Notes: generated from the sequence alone by a model not told the origin. A stretch of 64,000 bases of DNA from Sulfolobales archaeon (GCA_038867615.1 JAWBYA010000001.1:384001-448000), one strand, 5' to 3'; shown: positions 30,953-40,825, counted from the stretch's first letter. Translations and numbers: made by a program.

Positions 30953-31960
30953 TCATCCCCACCTCAGTACGGTGGCTCCCCATAAGAAACCGGTACCCCC
31001 TGATGCTAGGACCACTACTGAGCCGTCCTTGACGAGGCCTTTTTTGATCCCTATATCCAGTCCTATAATCATGTCACTACTCTGTGTGTGTCCATAGTCC
31101 TCGAGATATGGTGCTTTTGCCTCCTCTAGGCCGAGTTCTCTCACAATCTCTCTGTGGAAGCTTCTCTTCATATGGTTGATCACCAAGAGATCTACGTCCT
31201 TAACCGTATACCCACTCCTATCTAGGGCTTCTCTTATTACTCTAACGAAGTTCTCTTTGCTTGTTCTTGAGAGGTCGCTTCTCACCTGGTCCTTATCGAT
31301 CAAGCTATCGAAGTAAGGCCTCTCTATGTATTCCGGGTTCTTGTTATCTCTGAATATAATAGCGCCGAGGGACTTTACAACAACCATGTTCCAGAACCTC
31401 CCATCGCTTATAAAAGAGCTCTCAAGCACTCTGTTCCTCGTATATGATCTAGATACTACTACTGCTGAGGCGCCGTCAGCAAAGTCGGAGATCCAGGTGG
31501 TGTTGGGGTTCTTATAATTAACTAGGTAGGATTCCTTAGATGCTGCTACTAATAATATGTTCTCGGCAAGATCACTGATCCTCTTGGCTATGGCGAGCCC
31601 CACAACATGGCCAACACACATAGCGACTATGTCAAAGGCGAAGGCGTTCTTAGCTCCAAGGGCATCCTGGATTCTTGTTGACATCATCCACACGCCATAG
31701 TCTTTAAACTCGCTACCAACATAGAGAATAGCCCTTATATCGTCGGGCCCGATCCCTAGTTTCTCTGATCCCTCTATGGCGTTTGCGACAGCCTTTATAG
31801 CCATCTCAGAGGGCATTTCATGGTGATCACTGATCCTCTTGATCCTCCACCCCTGTTTCTCCTCGATAACCTCTTTCGGGATCCCGGATACTCTTGATAT
31901 TTCATGGCTAGTAATTACACGCTCTGGCAGGTATATTCCATAACTAACTATCCCAATCAT
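30953..31960 (-). CDS. 3-oxoacyl-synthase III (FabH)-like condensing enzyme with a Cys-His-His triad
   Basis: GIYLPERVI, AFDIVAMC (catalytic Cys), FADGASAVV, INHMK, YGHTQSSD, SGGTGFLWGATVLRW. Confidence 0.85.
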   Translation of the reverse strand: MIGIVSYGIYLPERVITSHEISRVSGIPKEVIEEKQGWRIKRISDHHEMPSEMAIKAVANAIEGSEKLGIGPDDIRAILYVGSEFKDYGVWMMSTRIQDALGAKNAFAFDIVAMCVGHVVGLAIAKRISDLAENILLVAASKESYLVNYKNPNTTWISDFADGASAVVVSRSYTRNRVLESSFISDGRFWNMVVVKSLGAIIFRDNKNPEYIERPYFDSLIDKDQVRSDLSRTSKENFVRVIREALDRSGYTVKDVDLLVINHMKRSFHREIVRELGLEEAKAPYLEDYGHTQSSDMIIGLDIGIKKGLVKDGSVVVLASGGTGFLWGATVLRWG

Positions 31961-31978
31961 GAAAAATAACTCCCTACA

Positions 31979-31991
31979 TAGTGACTCACTA
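31979..31991. promoter_or_regulatory. Palindromic candidate operator TAGTGA-C-TCACTA
   Basis: Perfect 6-bp inverted repeat between the TATA element (minus strand AAAAAGCTTTATAT) and the start of the FabH-like operon. Confidence 0.55.
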
Positions 31992-32062
31992 GTAAGAATA
32001 TAAAGCTTTTTCTCTCTAGACTACATTAATATTTATAAATAGTGGTTCATAGTATATAGATA

Positions 32063-33646
32063 TTGATGGGTATGCAGCCAAACCTTCCTGGGCAGTATAT
32101 TCAGGCTAAAGATATACTCGAAGAGGCTGAGAGGATATACTCTTCGAGAACAGCGGTTATCGACTATGTGTCAGGCTATAAATATAGCTATAGTGATCTT
32201 GGGGGAAGATCTTCGAAAATAGCCGGATTTCTCCAGGACCTCTCGCTAAAGCCTGGTGATAGGATCGCTTATATGCTCACAAACAGGATCGAGTGTATAG
32301 ATCTATTTAAGGTATCAGGAATGCTGGGACTCATACTTGTACCGCTTAACTGGAGGCTATTGGGGAGCGAGCTTAGAAGCATTATCAGGAATACCGCTCC
32401 TAAAGTGATATTCTATGAATCGGTATTCAGAGATCTCGCGGCAGAGGCTCTTAAAGGCATCAATGGGATCTTTAGGGTGGTTATCGACGGCGAACCAAGA
32501 GAGGGTGAGTATAGCTATGAGGAAGCCCTTAAGGCAGGAGGCATCAAGACCCCGAGGAAGGTTTCTCTTGAGGAGCCGCGGATGATCCTATATACTGGCG
32601 GGACTACAGGGATTCCCAAAGGTGCTGTGATATCTAATAGACAGATCCTCTTTAACATATTCTCAGAGATTCTGACATGGAGGTTAAGAGAGGATCACAG
32701 GACAGTCGCTCTGCTACCTTTATTCCACACCGGGGGATGGAATCTATTGACTCTGCCTCTTCTGGCCAGAGGAGGCATGATTTATATGATAAGGAGATTC
32801 GATCCAAAGCTATTCCTTGAGATCATAGAGACAGAGAAAGGGCCTTTCACGATATTCGGCGTTCCTACTATGTATTATATGATTTCTAAGCATGGGGACT
32901 TTAGAGAAGCGTCTTTCAGGAACGTTGAGTGGATGATGAGCGGGGGCTCCCATATAGATAGGAAGATCTTGGAGGAGTTCTGGGCGAAAGGAGTGAAGAT
33001 GGCTCAGGGTTATGGGAGCACTGAGGCGGGACCTAATAATCTAACACCTCCTATACAGGATCTATCTCTCGACGATATGAAGACGAGGTGGAGGAGCGTT
33101 GGTAAGCCATTCGCCTTTAACGAAGTATTTGTAGTTGATGATAACGGGAACATACTGGGTCCTAATCAGTATGGGGAGCTGGTGTTCTGCGGCCCTCTAG
33201 TCTTCTCAGGATACTGGGGAATGCCTGAGGAAACAAAGCTTGTGCTCAGGGATGGATGTGTATATACCGGTGATATTGGTTTCTACGATGATGAGGGTTA
33301 TTTCTATGTAGTTGATAGGAAGAAGGATATTATAAAGAGCGGCGGGGAGCAGGTATACCCGAGGGAGATAGAGGAGCTCGTGCTTCAACACCCAGCCGTT
33401 GAGGACTGTGCAGTTATACCTGTTCCTGATGAGAAGTGGGGAGAGGTTCCCAAGCTGGTTGTTAAGTTGAGAAGCGGTTTGGGGATCACTAAGCACGAGA
33501 TCCTGGGCTTCCTCGAAGGGAAGATAGCTAGGTATAAGATACCAAAATATGTAGCGGTAGTTGATGAGATACCTAGAAACCCTGCGGGGAAGATCCTAAA
33601 GAGGGTTCTGATCGAGAAGCACGGGTCCCCGATCGATGAGATCTAG
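32063..33646 (+). CDS. Acyl-CoA synthetase (AMP-forming)
   Basis: YTGGTTGIPKG, LPLFHTGG, QGYGSTE, YTGD, KSGGE, PRNPAGKILK. Confidence 0.92.
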   Translation: MMGMQPNLPGQYIQAKDILEEAERIYSSRTAVIDYVSGYKYSYSDLGGRSSKIAGFLQDLSLKPGDRIAYMLTNRIECIDLFKVSGMLGLILVPLNWRLLGSELRSIIRNTAPKVIFYESVFRDLAAEALKGINGIFRVVIDGEPREGEYSYEEALKAGGIKTPRKVSLEEPRMILYTGGTTGIPKGAVISNRQILFNIFSEILTWRLREDHRTVALLPLFHTGGWNLLTLPLLARGGMIYMIRRFDPKLFLEIIETEKGPFTIFGVPTMYYMISKHGDFREASFRNVEWMMSGGSHIDRKILEEFWAKGVKMAQGYGSTEAGPNNLTPPIQDLSLDDMKTRWRSVGKPFAFNEVFVVDDNGNILGPNQYGELVFCGPLVFSGYWGMPEETKLVLRDGCVYTGDIGFYDDEGYFYVVDRKKDIIKSGGEQVYPREIEELVLQHPAVEDCAVIPVPDEKWGEVPKLVVKLRSGLGITKHEILGFLEGKIARYKIPKYVAVVDEIPRNPAGKILKRVLIEKHGSPIDEI

Positions 33647-33653
33647 TGACCTC

Positions 33654-35207
33654 TCAAGATCCCTGTTGCTTTAGAAGCTCTGAGAACTTTTTCTTCAAAT
33701 ATACATAATCCACCTTACCCACCGCGGTTTTCGGGATTTCGTGGACTATCCACACATACTTAGGGATCTTATACCCAGCTATCCTTCCTCTCAGAAAATC
33801 CCTTATAGTCTGGGGATCTATTTGATAGCCTGCTTTGGGCTTTATAGCTGCTGCTACAGCCTCTCCCCATTTCTCGTCAGGGACTCCAAAGACGGCTACC
33901 TCCTCTACTCCTGGATGCTCCCTAATACGCTCTTCCACCTCAAATGGGTATATGTTCTCCCCACCGCTTTTTATCATGAACTTCTTCCTCTCGACGAAAT
34001 AGAAATGCCCATCCTCATCCTTGATGAACAGATCTCCTGTTCTCACCCACCCATCTTCTGTGAACGCTTCTTTTGTTTCCTCAGGCCTTTTCCAATATCC
34101 TGAGAAGGTTATAGGGCCTCTCACGAGTAGCTCGCCCACTTCGCCCGGCCTGGCTTCTGTTCCATCATCCTTAACGATCTTTAGCTCGGCGAAGAGGCTC
34201 TGCTTTCCAACACTCATTGGCTTCTTCTCCATATCCTCTGGTGGTGTGTAGAGGAGGTTGGGGCCTGCCTCTGTTAGTCCGTATCCTTGGAAGTACCTGA
34301 CACCTTTATCCCAGTAGATCTTTACAAGGCTATAGGGGCTCATGCCCCCTCCGCTTTTGAAGAACTTAATATTCTTGAAGCTTGTGTCTTTGAACTTGGG
34401 GGATTTTGTTAACATGTAGAAAGCTGTTGGTACCGCTATCACTAATGTGCATCTCTCTTTCTCTATAATGTCTAGCGCCTCTTCAGGATCGAATCTCTTT
34501 GTAATAATAATCCTCCCCCCGATCATGTAGAGGGGTATTGTTATCACATGCCAGCCTCCTGTGTGAAATAGTGGGAAGAAGAGAGGAGCTATATCGTCTC
34601 TTGTAAGGCTCCAGCTGATTATTGTGTTTATCGCATTCCATATAACCTGCCTGTAGGGTATCATAGCAGCCTTAAGAGTACCTGTAGTTCCCCCAGTGTA
34701 TAGAAGCATGCTTATATCGCTACCCCCGACATTCTCCCTTCTATAGTCCCTCTGGATCTGTCTCTTATAGATCCCTCTGAGGGTCTCTATCCTCTCTATT
34801 AACGGTCTGTGGGAGCTAATTTTTAAAGCCTGTTCTAAGAGATCCTTGAGCTCTTCTTGATAGAATATTAGAGAGGGCTCCACATCATCTATCATAAACG
34901 CTAGATCCTTAGGCGTGGCTCTCCAGCTCAGTGGAGCCAGTATTGCTCCTTTTTTAATGGTTGCCAGGTAGATGAAGATATACTCAGCGTTGTTATACGA
35001 TAGAACCGCGACTCTATCCCCCTTCCCAACCCCTATCTCTTCAAGTATGGAGGCGATATTATTAGCAGCCTTAGCAGCGTCGCGGTAGCTATACTCCTCC
35101 CTAGATCCCCATGAGTAGTCAACAATAGCTATTCTATCAGGATATAGTCTTGCCCCGACCTCGGCTAGGTCGGGGACTGGGTGTTCATAAGCATTATCGT
35201 GATTCAT
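33654..35207 (-). CDS. Acyl-CoA synthetase (AMP-forming), paralogue of 32063-33646
   Basis: YTGGTTGTLK, PLFHTGGW, QGYGLTEAGPN, RTGD, KSGGENIYP, PKTAVGK. Confidence 0.92.
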   Translation of the reverse strand: MNHDNAYEHPVPDLAEVGARLYPDRIAIVDYSWGSREEYSYRDAAKAANNIASILEEIGVGKGDRVAVLSYNNAEYIFIYLATIKKGAILAPLSWRATPKDLAFMIDDVEPSLIFYQEELKDLLEQALKISSHRPLIERIETLRGIYKRQIQRDYRRENVGGSDISMLLYTGGTTGTLKAAMIPYRQVIWNAINTIISWSLTRDDIAPLFFPLFHTGGWHVITIPLYMIGGRIIITKRFDPEEALDIIEKERCTLVIAVPTAFYMLTKSPKFKDTSFKNIKFFKSGGGMSPYSLVKIYWDKGVRYFQGYGLTEAGPNLLYTPPEDMEKKPMSVGKQSLFAELKIVKDDGTEARPGEVGELLVRGPITFSGYWKRPEETKEAFTEDGWVRTGDLFIKDEDGHFYFVERKKFMIKSGGENIYPFEVEERIREHPGVEEVAVFGVPDEKWGEAVAAAIKPKAGYQIDPQTIRDFLRGRIAGYKIPKYVWIVHEIPKTAVGKVDYVYLKKKFSELLKQQGS

Positions 35208-35220
35208 TAGTGAATCACCG
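35199..35220. promoter_or_regulatory. Candidate operator TAGTGAATCAC within the inverted repeat GTGATTCA-N4-TGAATCAC
   Basis: Matches the 31979 palindrome at 10 of 13 positions; covers the RBS and start codon of the 33654-35207 ligase, in the spacer shared with the TetR gene. Confidence 0.5.
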
Positions 35221-35291
35221 TTTAATAATACATAGAGAAGAGGGATAAATTTTTACACACGTTATCTCTAATATTAGTTAGGAAGCCCAGT

Positions 35292-36509
35292 ATGCCTCGT
35301 AGGAGTAGCGCTAATATGGCTAGGCAGAAAATAATGGAGTCTTTCTCGAAGTTGGCACTTAAGAAAAGCTATAAAGATATATCGCTTAAGGAGATCTCAG
35401 AGCTGGCAGGGATCTCAGTTCCTTCTTTCTATACTTATTTCGATTCAAAAGAGGATATGCTTAGATACTATATAGACTATTCCCTCGAGCATCTAGAAAA
35501 CTTGATAAACTCACACCTCGGTCAAGCGGTCAGTGCTAGTATAACGATCAGGTATCTTCTACACATACTCTCCACACTTCTCGAGGACAGGATCCTAACA
35601 GCTTTTCACAGAGTCTTTCGTGAATACGAGTTTGTGGAAAAGAGCCTTGCCAAGCTATACTATAAGAGGCTCTTTGACCTGCTTGGGAGCTTTATTGGGG
35701 AGAGGCTCTATGAGCTCAGCTACCAGGATCCAAGGATAATATCGCTAGCCATAGTTGGGAGCTCTAGTTTCATATACCTTTTCAGAAAGATCTTCAACCT
35801 AGAGGGGAGCATTTTGATCGACATAGAGGTTTCGGGAGACCTTCTGCTTAAGGGGTTAGGGTCTCAGAGGGTTCCTGAGGTACTTCCGATCGAGAATCCA
35901 CCAGATCTCGTGGAGCTCATGGATAGATATGGAGCGCTTGAGGTTCCAGGGATGCCCAAGGGCAAGAAGCCTATCTTGATGGCGACGCTCGATATCCTTA
36001 GCTCTAAGAGTTTTAAGGATACCAAGATCTATGAGATCATGGATAGAGCTGGCTATTCTGTAGGCTCCTTCTACAAGATCTATAGGAGTAAGGAGGAGCT
36101 CTTAGAGGATCTAGTGATCATCATAGGGAGAACTCTGAGAAAGTATCTCTCTGAGTGTATAGAGGGTATAGAGGATCCCGCCGAAATCGAGGCCAAGGGA
36201 TCGGCATGCTTTCTCGGGTTTGTTAGGAAGAATGAGAACATCTATAGGATCGTTAGGGAGGCAGCATATATAGATCTTAGCATTGCTATGAAATACCACA
36301 TACCATTCCTAAAAAGATATGCAGAAAGACTAAGTGCAGAGGCGGAAAGAGGGCTTATAAGAACATTCAATACAGAATCACTAGCAATAGCCCTCATGGG
36401 GATAAACCACACAGCTGGTATAGAGGTTCGAATGTTGGAAGGTATGGATGAAAGAAAAGTTCTAGAAGGGCTAGCACGAATATATGCTAAAGGTGTTCTT
36501 AGCGCGTAA
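35292..36509 (+). CDS. Tandem (double) TetR/AcrR-family transcriptional regulator
   Basis: Two TetR HTH units: SLKEISELAGISVPSFYTYFDSKEDM and KIYEIMDRAGYSVGSFYKIYRSKEEL, each followed by a ligand-binding domain. Confidence 0.88.
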   Translation: MPRRSSANMARQKIMESFSKLALKKSYKDISLKEISELAGISVPSFYTYFDSKEDMLRYYIDYSLEHLENLINSHLGQAVSASITIRYLLHILSTLLEDRILTAFHRVFREYEFVEKSLAKLYYKRLFDLLGSFIGERLYELSYQDPRIISLAIVGSSSFIYLFRKIFNLEGSILIDIEVSGDLLLKGLGSQRVPEVLPIENPPDLVELMDRYGALEVPGMPKGKKPILMATLDILSSKSFKDTKIYEIMDRAGYSVGSFYKIYRSKEELLEDLVIIIGRTLRKYLSECIEGIEDPAEIEAKGSACFLGFVRKNENIYRIVREAAYIDLSIAMKYHIPFLKRYAERLSAEAERGLIRTFNTESLAIALMGINHTAGIEVRMLEGMDERKVLEGLARIYAKGVLSA

Positions 36510-37029
36510 AATACCTCAGCACTAAACATCCATAAGTAGCTCTCACCACTAATACTGAGGATCAGCTTATTAGAGGTTTAAATGCCGCATCCCAACCCCT
36601 GAACAGTCGCCTGCTCTAAACGCATCTTCCACACTCGAAAGCCGTCTATCCGATTTATCCGGCTCACACAATTTTTCATGATCATTGGAATAATACGAAG
36701 ATAACGATCTGCTCAGTGAGGCTTAGGTATAGCCCAACCCGTATATTTCCTTAGATCTAACAGCCTCCTAGACAGCATAACCCCAATGATTAGACTTGCT
36801 GAAGATTATAATGTTCATTGCCAGAACAGCTTTAATTATGGCGAAGTATGGGTGTTGGCAAAGAGCAGATGCTTTCTCTTTTACTGATTACTAGCGCTAT
36901 ATTTATTATAGATAATAGAAAATGAAATATCGTTTTTATGTATCAATATATGAGTAATTATGGCAGTTTCATCAGCGTTTAGGGAAAAATATATAAGTAG
37001 CTTTATGTAATAAAGTGATAGTGATTAGG

Positions 37030-37287
37030 TTGAGTAAAGTGAGGATCTATAATGTGGAGCCGGGGCTTTATAGACTGGATCTTAGAGGGTATGTGTGCCC
37101 CTATCCACAGATCTTTACGTTGAAGGCGCTCTCGGAGTTGAAGAGGGGCGAGGTTCTCGAGGTGATTATAGATAATCCAGCGTCTTGTGAGAATGTGCCT
37201 TCGGCCGTTTCTAGTAAGGGTCACAGGGTTCTTAGGGTTGATAAGATAGGTGCTGGTGTGTGGAGGATCTTGATTGAGAGGGGGTGA
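37030..37287 (+). CDS. TusA/YeeD-family sulfur carrier
   Basis: LDLRGYVCPYP (CPxP), GEVLEVIIDNPASCENVP; start taken at TTG 37030 (track start 37015). Confidence 0.9.
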   Translation: MSKVRIYNVEPGLYRLDLRGYVCPYPQIFTLKALSELKRGEVLEVIIDNPASCENVPSAVSSKGHRVLRVDKIGAGVWRILIERG

Positions 37288-38486
37288 GGTTGGTGGAGAA
37301 GGTTCAGCAGGTTCTCAGGGCTAGGGGTGTTTTCTGGAATCGATATGGTCTCTATATCTATGCCTTGATCTTTGGTGCTGCTTCGATAGCCCTTACATAC
37401 TCCGATCTAGTCCTTTTTGGGAGGGGATCTATATGGGGGATAACTACTGGTGAGTCCAAGCTTGGAGGTATTGTGTGGGCATCGATAATAGATCCCGGGA
37501 TAGCTGCTACCCAGTATTACAAAGAATTCCCCCTTATCAACCCGCTAAGTGATCCGGCGCAGATGATTGTTATAGGGATCCTGCTGGGCGGCATGATCGC
37601 ATCGCTAGCCTTGGGAGAGTTCTCTTTAAAGCATCTGCCAAATACATGGATGCTGATCCAAGCCCTCTTGGGAGGGTTCCTCCTAGGCTATGGATCTAGA
37701 CTTGCTCTCGGCTGCAACATAGGTAACTTTCTCAGTGCATGGGCATCAGCCGGGCTGAATGCTGTTTCCTTCACACTAGGCATGATCCCTGGGGTGTTCA
37801 TAGGCAGCAAGATCTTTGAGAAGATCTTCCTATTCAGGGCTGGCCCCATAACAACGAGATCCATAGCCCCTCCCCAGAATCTAAAGATACCCTTAACAAT
37901 CCTAGTAGTATTTCTAGCAATATTTCTAGCACTATACTCACAACCCCGGGCATCACTATTCCTAGCCTTCGGGATAGTCTTCGGCGCAATAGGATATCTA
38001 TCAAAGCTATGCTGGGCCACAGGACTCAGGGAGATCGCATCACCCATATGGGGCTCGTGGAAAATGCTCAAAGCTGTATTGATAACCATAGCTACATACG
38101 CGGTCGGAGTCTGGATCCTATATATAGGAGGAGCACCACTAAGCCTAGCCCTTGCTAAAGGTATAGGACAGCTACAGATCTTTATAGGAGGAGTTATATT
38201 CGGGATCGGTATGGGGATTGCGGGAACCTGTATATTTAGCAGCGAGTGGAGAGCAGGTTCCGGTAGCATTTACTCCATGGTGGTCCTCGTATCGACAATC
38301 TTAGTAGGAATGCCAGTGCTAGCCTACCACTACCAGTGGTGGAGATCGGTCTTACCCCAGCCCCTCCCCAACATGAGCTTCTACAGCATCATGGGTCCCC
38401 TAGGCATACTACCCACACTAGCGTTCCTGCTCATTCTAATCCTTATAGTCCATATAGTTCATAGGACCTATAGCAGGGCTGGTTAA
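37284..38486 (+). CDS. YeeE/YedE-family (thiosulfate-type) sulfur transporter
   Basis: GSRLALGCNIG, KLCWA, FGIGMGIAGTC conserved Cys motifs; multi-TM; overlaps the TusA-like gene. Confidence 0.88.
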   Translation: MRLVEKVQQVLRARGVFWNRYGLYIYALIFGAASIALTYSDLVLFGRGSIWGITTGESKLGGIVWASIIDPGIAATQYYKEFPLINPLSDPAQMIVIGILLGGMIASLALGEFSLKHLPNTWMLIQALLGGFLLGYGSRLALGCNIGNFLSAWASAGLNAVSFTLGMIPGVFIGSKIFEKIFLFRAGPITTRSIAPPQNLKIPLTILVVFLAIFLALYSQPRASLFLAFGIVFGAIGYLSKLCWATGLREIASPIWGSWKMLKAVLITIATYAVGVWILYIGGAPLSLALAKGIGQLQIFIGGVIFGIGMGIAGTCIFSSEWRAGSGSIYSMVVLVSTILVGMPVLAYHYQWWRSVLPQPLPNMSFYSIMGPLGILPTLAFLLILILIVHIVHRTYSRAG

Positions 38487-38578
38487 AGAAGATCCCTGAG
38501 CATCTTAAAACCTGAATATTTTAGGACTAGGATCATATTTAATGGGAGCATGTTTTGAGGCTGGGTAGGATTGTTGGG

Positions 38579-38628
38579 AGGATCGGTCATATATATCCTA
38601 TGAGAAGAAGGATCGGTCATATATATCC
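38579..38628 (+). repeat. 20-bp direct repeat x2 (AGGATCGGTCATATATATCC), 30-bp period
   Basis: Identical copies at 38579-38598 and 38609-38628, each containing a TATA-like TATATAT. Confidence 0.9.
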
Positions 38629-38642
38629 AGCTAGGAGGGCAG

Positions 38643-39077
38643 GTGCTGATAGTGGCTGTAAGGGTAAAGCTCAGGATTAGATCTCTATTCTCTAACACTG
38701 AAGTGGCGACCTCAGCCCTAGTTAACTCGGGCTTCGAGGCTGAAACACCACAGCTACTCATCCCAAGATCACTTGCAGCAAACCTAAAACTATGGCCTCC
38801 ACCACCAGAGGCTCAGCTTGTTGAGGTAGGCACGGCTGGAGGTCCCGTTAGGAACTACCTGATCCCCGGGGCTGCCGAGGTCTCTGTAGATGCTGGCGAT
38901 AGGATCGTGGGTCCGGTGAGATGTGATATCATGGTCTCAAGCCTTGAGTATGAGGTTCTGATAAGCGATATGCTTGGGGGAGAGCTCGGGATCGTGATAC
39001 TGGATCTCAGAGGTAAGTGGAGATTCTCGGATGAGGATAGGATTAGGGAGAGTGAGAGGCCGCAGTACTGGTTCTAA
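38643..39077 (+). CDS. Retropepsin/clan-AA aspartyl-protease-like protein with Asn at the catalytic position
   Basis: ALVNSG in place of ALVD[TS]G; flap-like VGTAGG; C-terminal VLISDML..LGI. Confidence 0.55.
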   Translation: MLIVAVRVKLRIRSLFSNTEVATSALVNSGFEAETPQLLIPRSLAANLKLWPPPPEAQLVEVGTAGGPVRNYLIPGAAEVSVDAGDRIVGPVRCDIMVSSLEYEVLISDMLGGELGIVILDLRGKWRFSDEDRIRESERPQYWF

Positions 39078-39115
39078 GATCTATTAGTAGAATAAAAAGT
39101 TATTGATCGTGATCT

Positions 39116-40825
39116 TTATTTGATTGAAGGAGCCCTGATCCCCTTCTCCCTTATTATTCTTTTGGATGTCTCGTAACCTGCGTCTGCGTGTCTCACTACA
39201 CCTAGTCCTGGGTCTACTGTTAAGACTCTCTCGGCCCTTAGATCGCTCTCTCTGGTTCCGTCGAGGACTAAGCCTAGTCCTGCGTGGATGCTATAGCCTA
39301 TGCCGACTCCTCCGCCGTGGTGCACGCAGACCCATGTTGCTCCTGCTGCTGTGTTTAGGAGTGCGTTGAGGATTGGCCAGTCTGCTATTGCGTCGGAGCC
39401 GTCTAGCATTCCCTCTGTTTCTCTGTATGGGGATGCTACTGATCCTGTGTCTAGATGATCCCTCCCGATCCATATGGGGCTTATGACTCCTCTCTTCACG
39501 AGCTCGTTTATCCTCAGCCCGAAAAGGGATCTTTCTCCATAGCCTAGCCATACAACTCTTGAGGGGAGGCCTTGGAACTTAACATATCTCCTAGCATTCT
39601 CAACCCATCTAACCAGTCTTCTGTTATGTTTGAACATCTCTATAACCTCGTCGTCAAGGATCTCTATATCCCTGGGGTCTCCTGTGAGGGATGCCCATCT
39701 AAATGGTCCTCTACCCTCCTCGAACATTGGTCTTATATATGCTTGCACAAACCCTGGGAATGAGAATGCATCCTTATAGCCTGCCTCGTAGGCCATCTTT
39801 CTAATATTATTACCATATTCGAAGACAACAGCTCCTCTCCTCATGAAACCAACCATAGCTTCTACTTGTCTCTTCATGCTCTCGAGGCTCAGCCTCTTAT
39901 ACCTCTCCGGATCCCTTGATCTGAGTTCCATGGCCTCCTCAAGGCTCATTCCAGCGGGAACATAGCTGAGGGGATCATGGGCTGGTGTCTGGTCAGTAAC
40001 CACGGATATGTTGACACCTCTTCTAAGCAGCTCCGGGTAAACCTCGGCAGCATTGCCCAGCAAGCCTATAGATATACCCTCACCCCTCTGCGAATACCTC
40101 TCGGCAAGATCTATAGCGCTATCAATACTATCGGTCCATGTATCGAGGTAGCCGAACCTAATCCTCCTCTCGATCATCCTCTTATCAACCTCAACAACTA
40201 TAGCAGCTCCCCCGTTCATCTTGATAGCGAGGGGCTGGGCTCCTCCCATCTCTCCAAGCCCTGCTGTGAGGACTATCCTCCCGCTCAGGGATCCCTGGAA
40301 ATGCTTCTCAGCAACATAGGCGAATGTCTCATAAGTACCCTGGAGGATCCCCTGGGTCCCTATATATGCCCAGCACCCTGCTGTCATCTGCCCATACATT
40401 GTCAACCCCTTCCTCTCGAGCTCGAGGAAGTAATCCCAGTCAGCCCATTTGGGGACTAGGAGTGCGTTTGCCATAACAATCCTTGGCGCGAGCCTATGGG
40501 TTGTGAACACCGCTACAGGCTTTCCACTCTGGATCACGAGGGTGTCATCGCTCTTCATAGTCATGAGTGTATCGACAATCGTTTCAAAGGCCTCCCAATT
40601 CCTACAAGCCTTACCAGTGCCTCCATAGACTATCAGGTTCTTGGGATCCTTAGCAACATCGGGGTCGAGAACATGGAAGAGCATTCTCAAAGCACCCTCG
40701 ATCTGCCAGTCCCCGCTCTCAACATGGAGCTCCCTACCCCTTATAGCCCTCACACCCCTTGTTGAGGGATCATAATAACCCTTCTGAATCAGTTTATCAA
40801 TAGGCCTCCCGAACATGATCACCAT
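39116..40825 (-). CDS. hutU: Urocanate hydratase
   Basis: [51 protein letters not shown]. Confidence 0.97.
   Translation of the reverse strand: MVIMFGRPIDKLIQKGYYDPSTRGVRAIRGRELHVESGDWQIEGALRMLFHVLDPDVAKDPKNLIVYGGTGKACRNWEAFETIVDTLMTMKSDDTLVIQSGKPVAVFTTHRLAPRIVMANALLVPKWADWDYFLELERKGLTMYGQMTAGCWAYIGTQGILQGTYETFAYVAEKHFQGSLSGRIVLTAGLGEMGGAQPLAIKMNGGAAIVVEVDKRMIERRIRFGYLDTWTDSIDSAIDLAERYSQRGEGISIGLLGNAAEVYPELLRRGVNISVVTDQTPAHDPLSYVPAGMSLEEAMELRSRDPERYKRLSLESMKRQVEAMVGFMRRGAVVFEYGNNIRKMAYEAGYKDAFSFPGFVQAYIRPMFEEGRGPFRWASLTGDPRDIEILDDEVIEMFKHNRRLVRWVENARRYVKFQGLPSRVVWLGYGERSLFGLRINELVKRGVISPIWIGRDHLDTGSVASPYRETEGMLDGSDAIADWPILNALLNTAAGATWVCVHHGGGVGIGYSIHAGLGLVLDGTRESDLRAERVLTVDPGLGVVRHADAGYETSKRIIREKGIRAPSIK

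Noticed and set aside
38579-38628. Direct repeat as a CRISPR mini-array
   Set aside because: Only two 20-bp copies with a 10-bp spacer, and no cas genes or leader.
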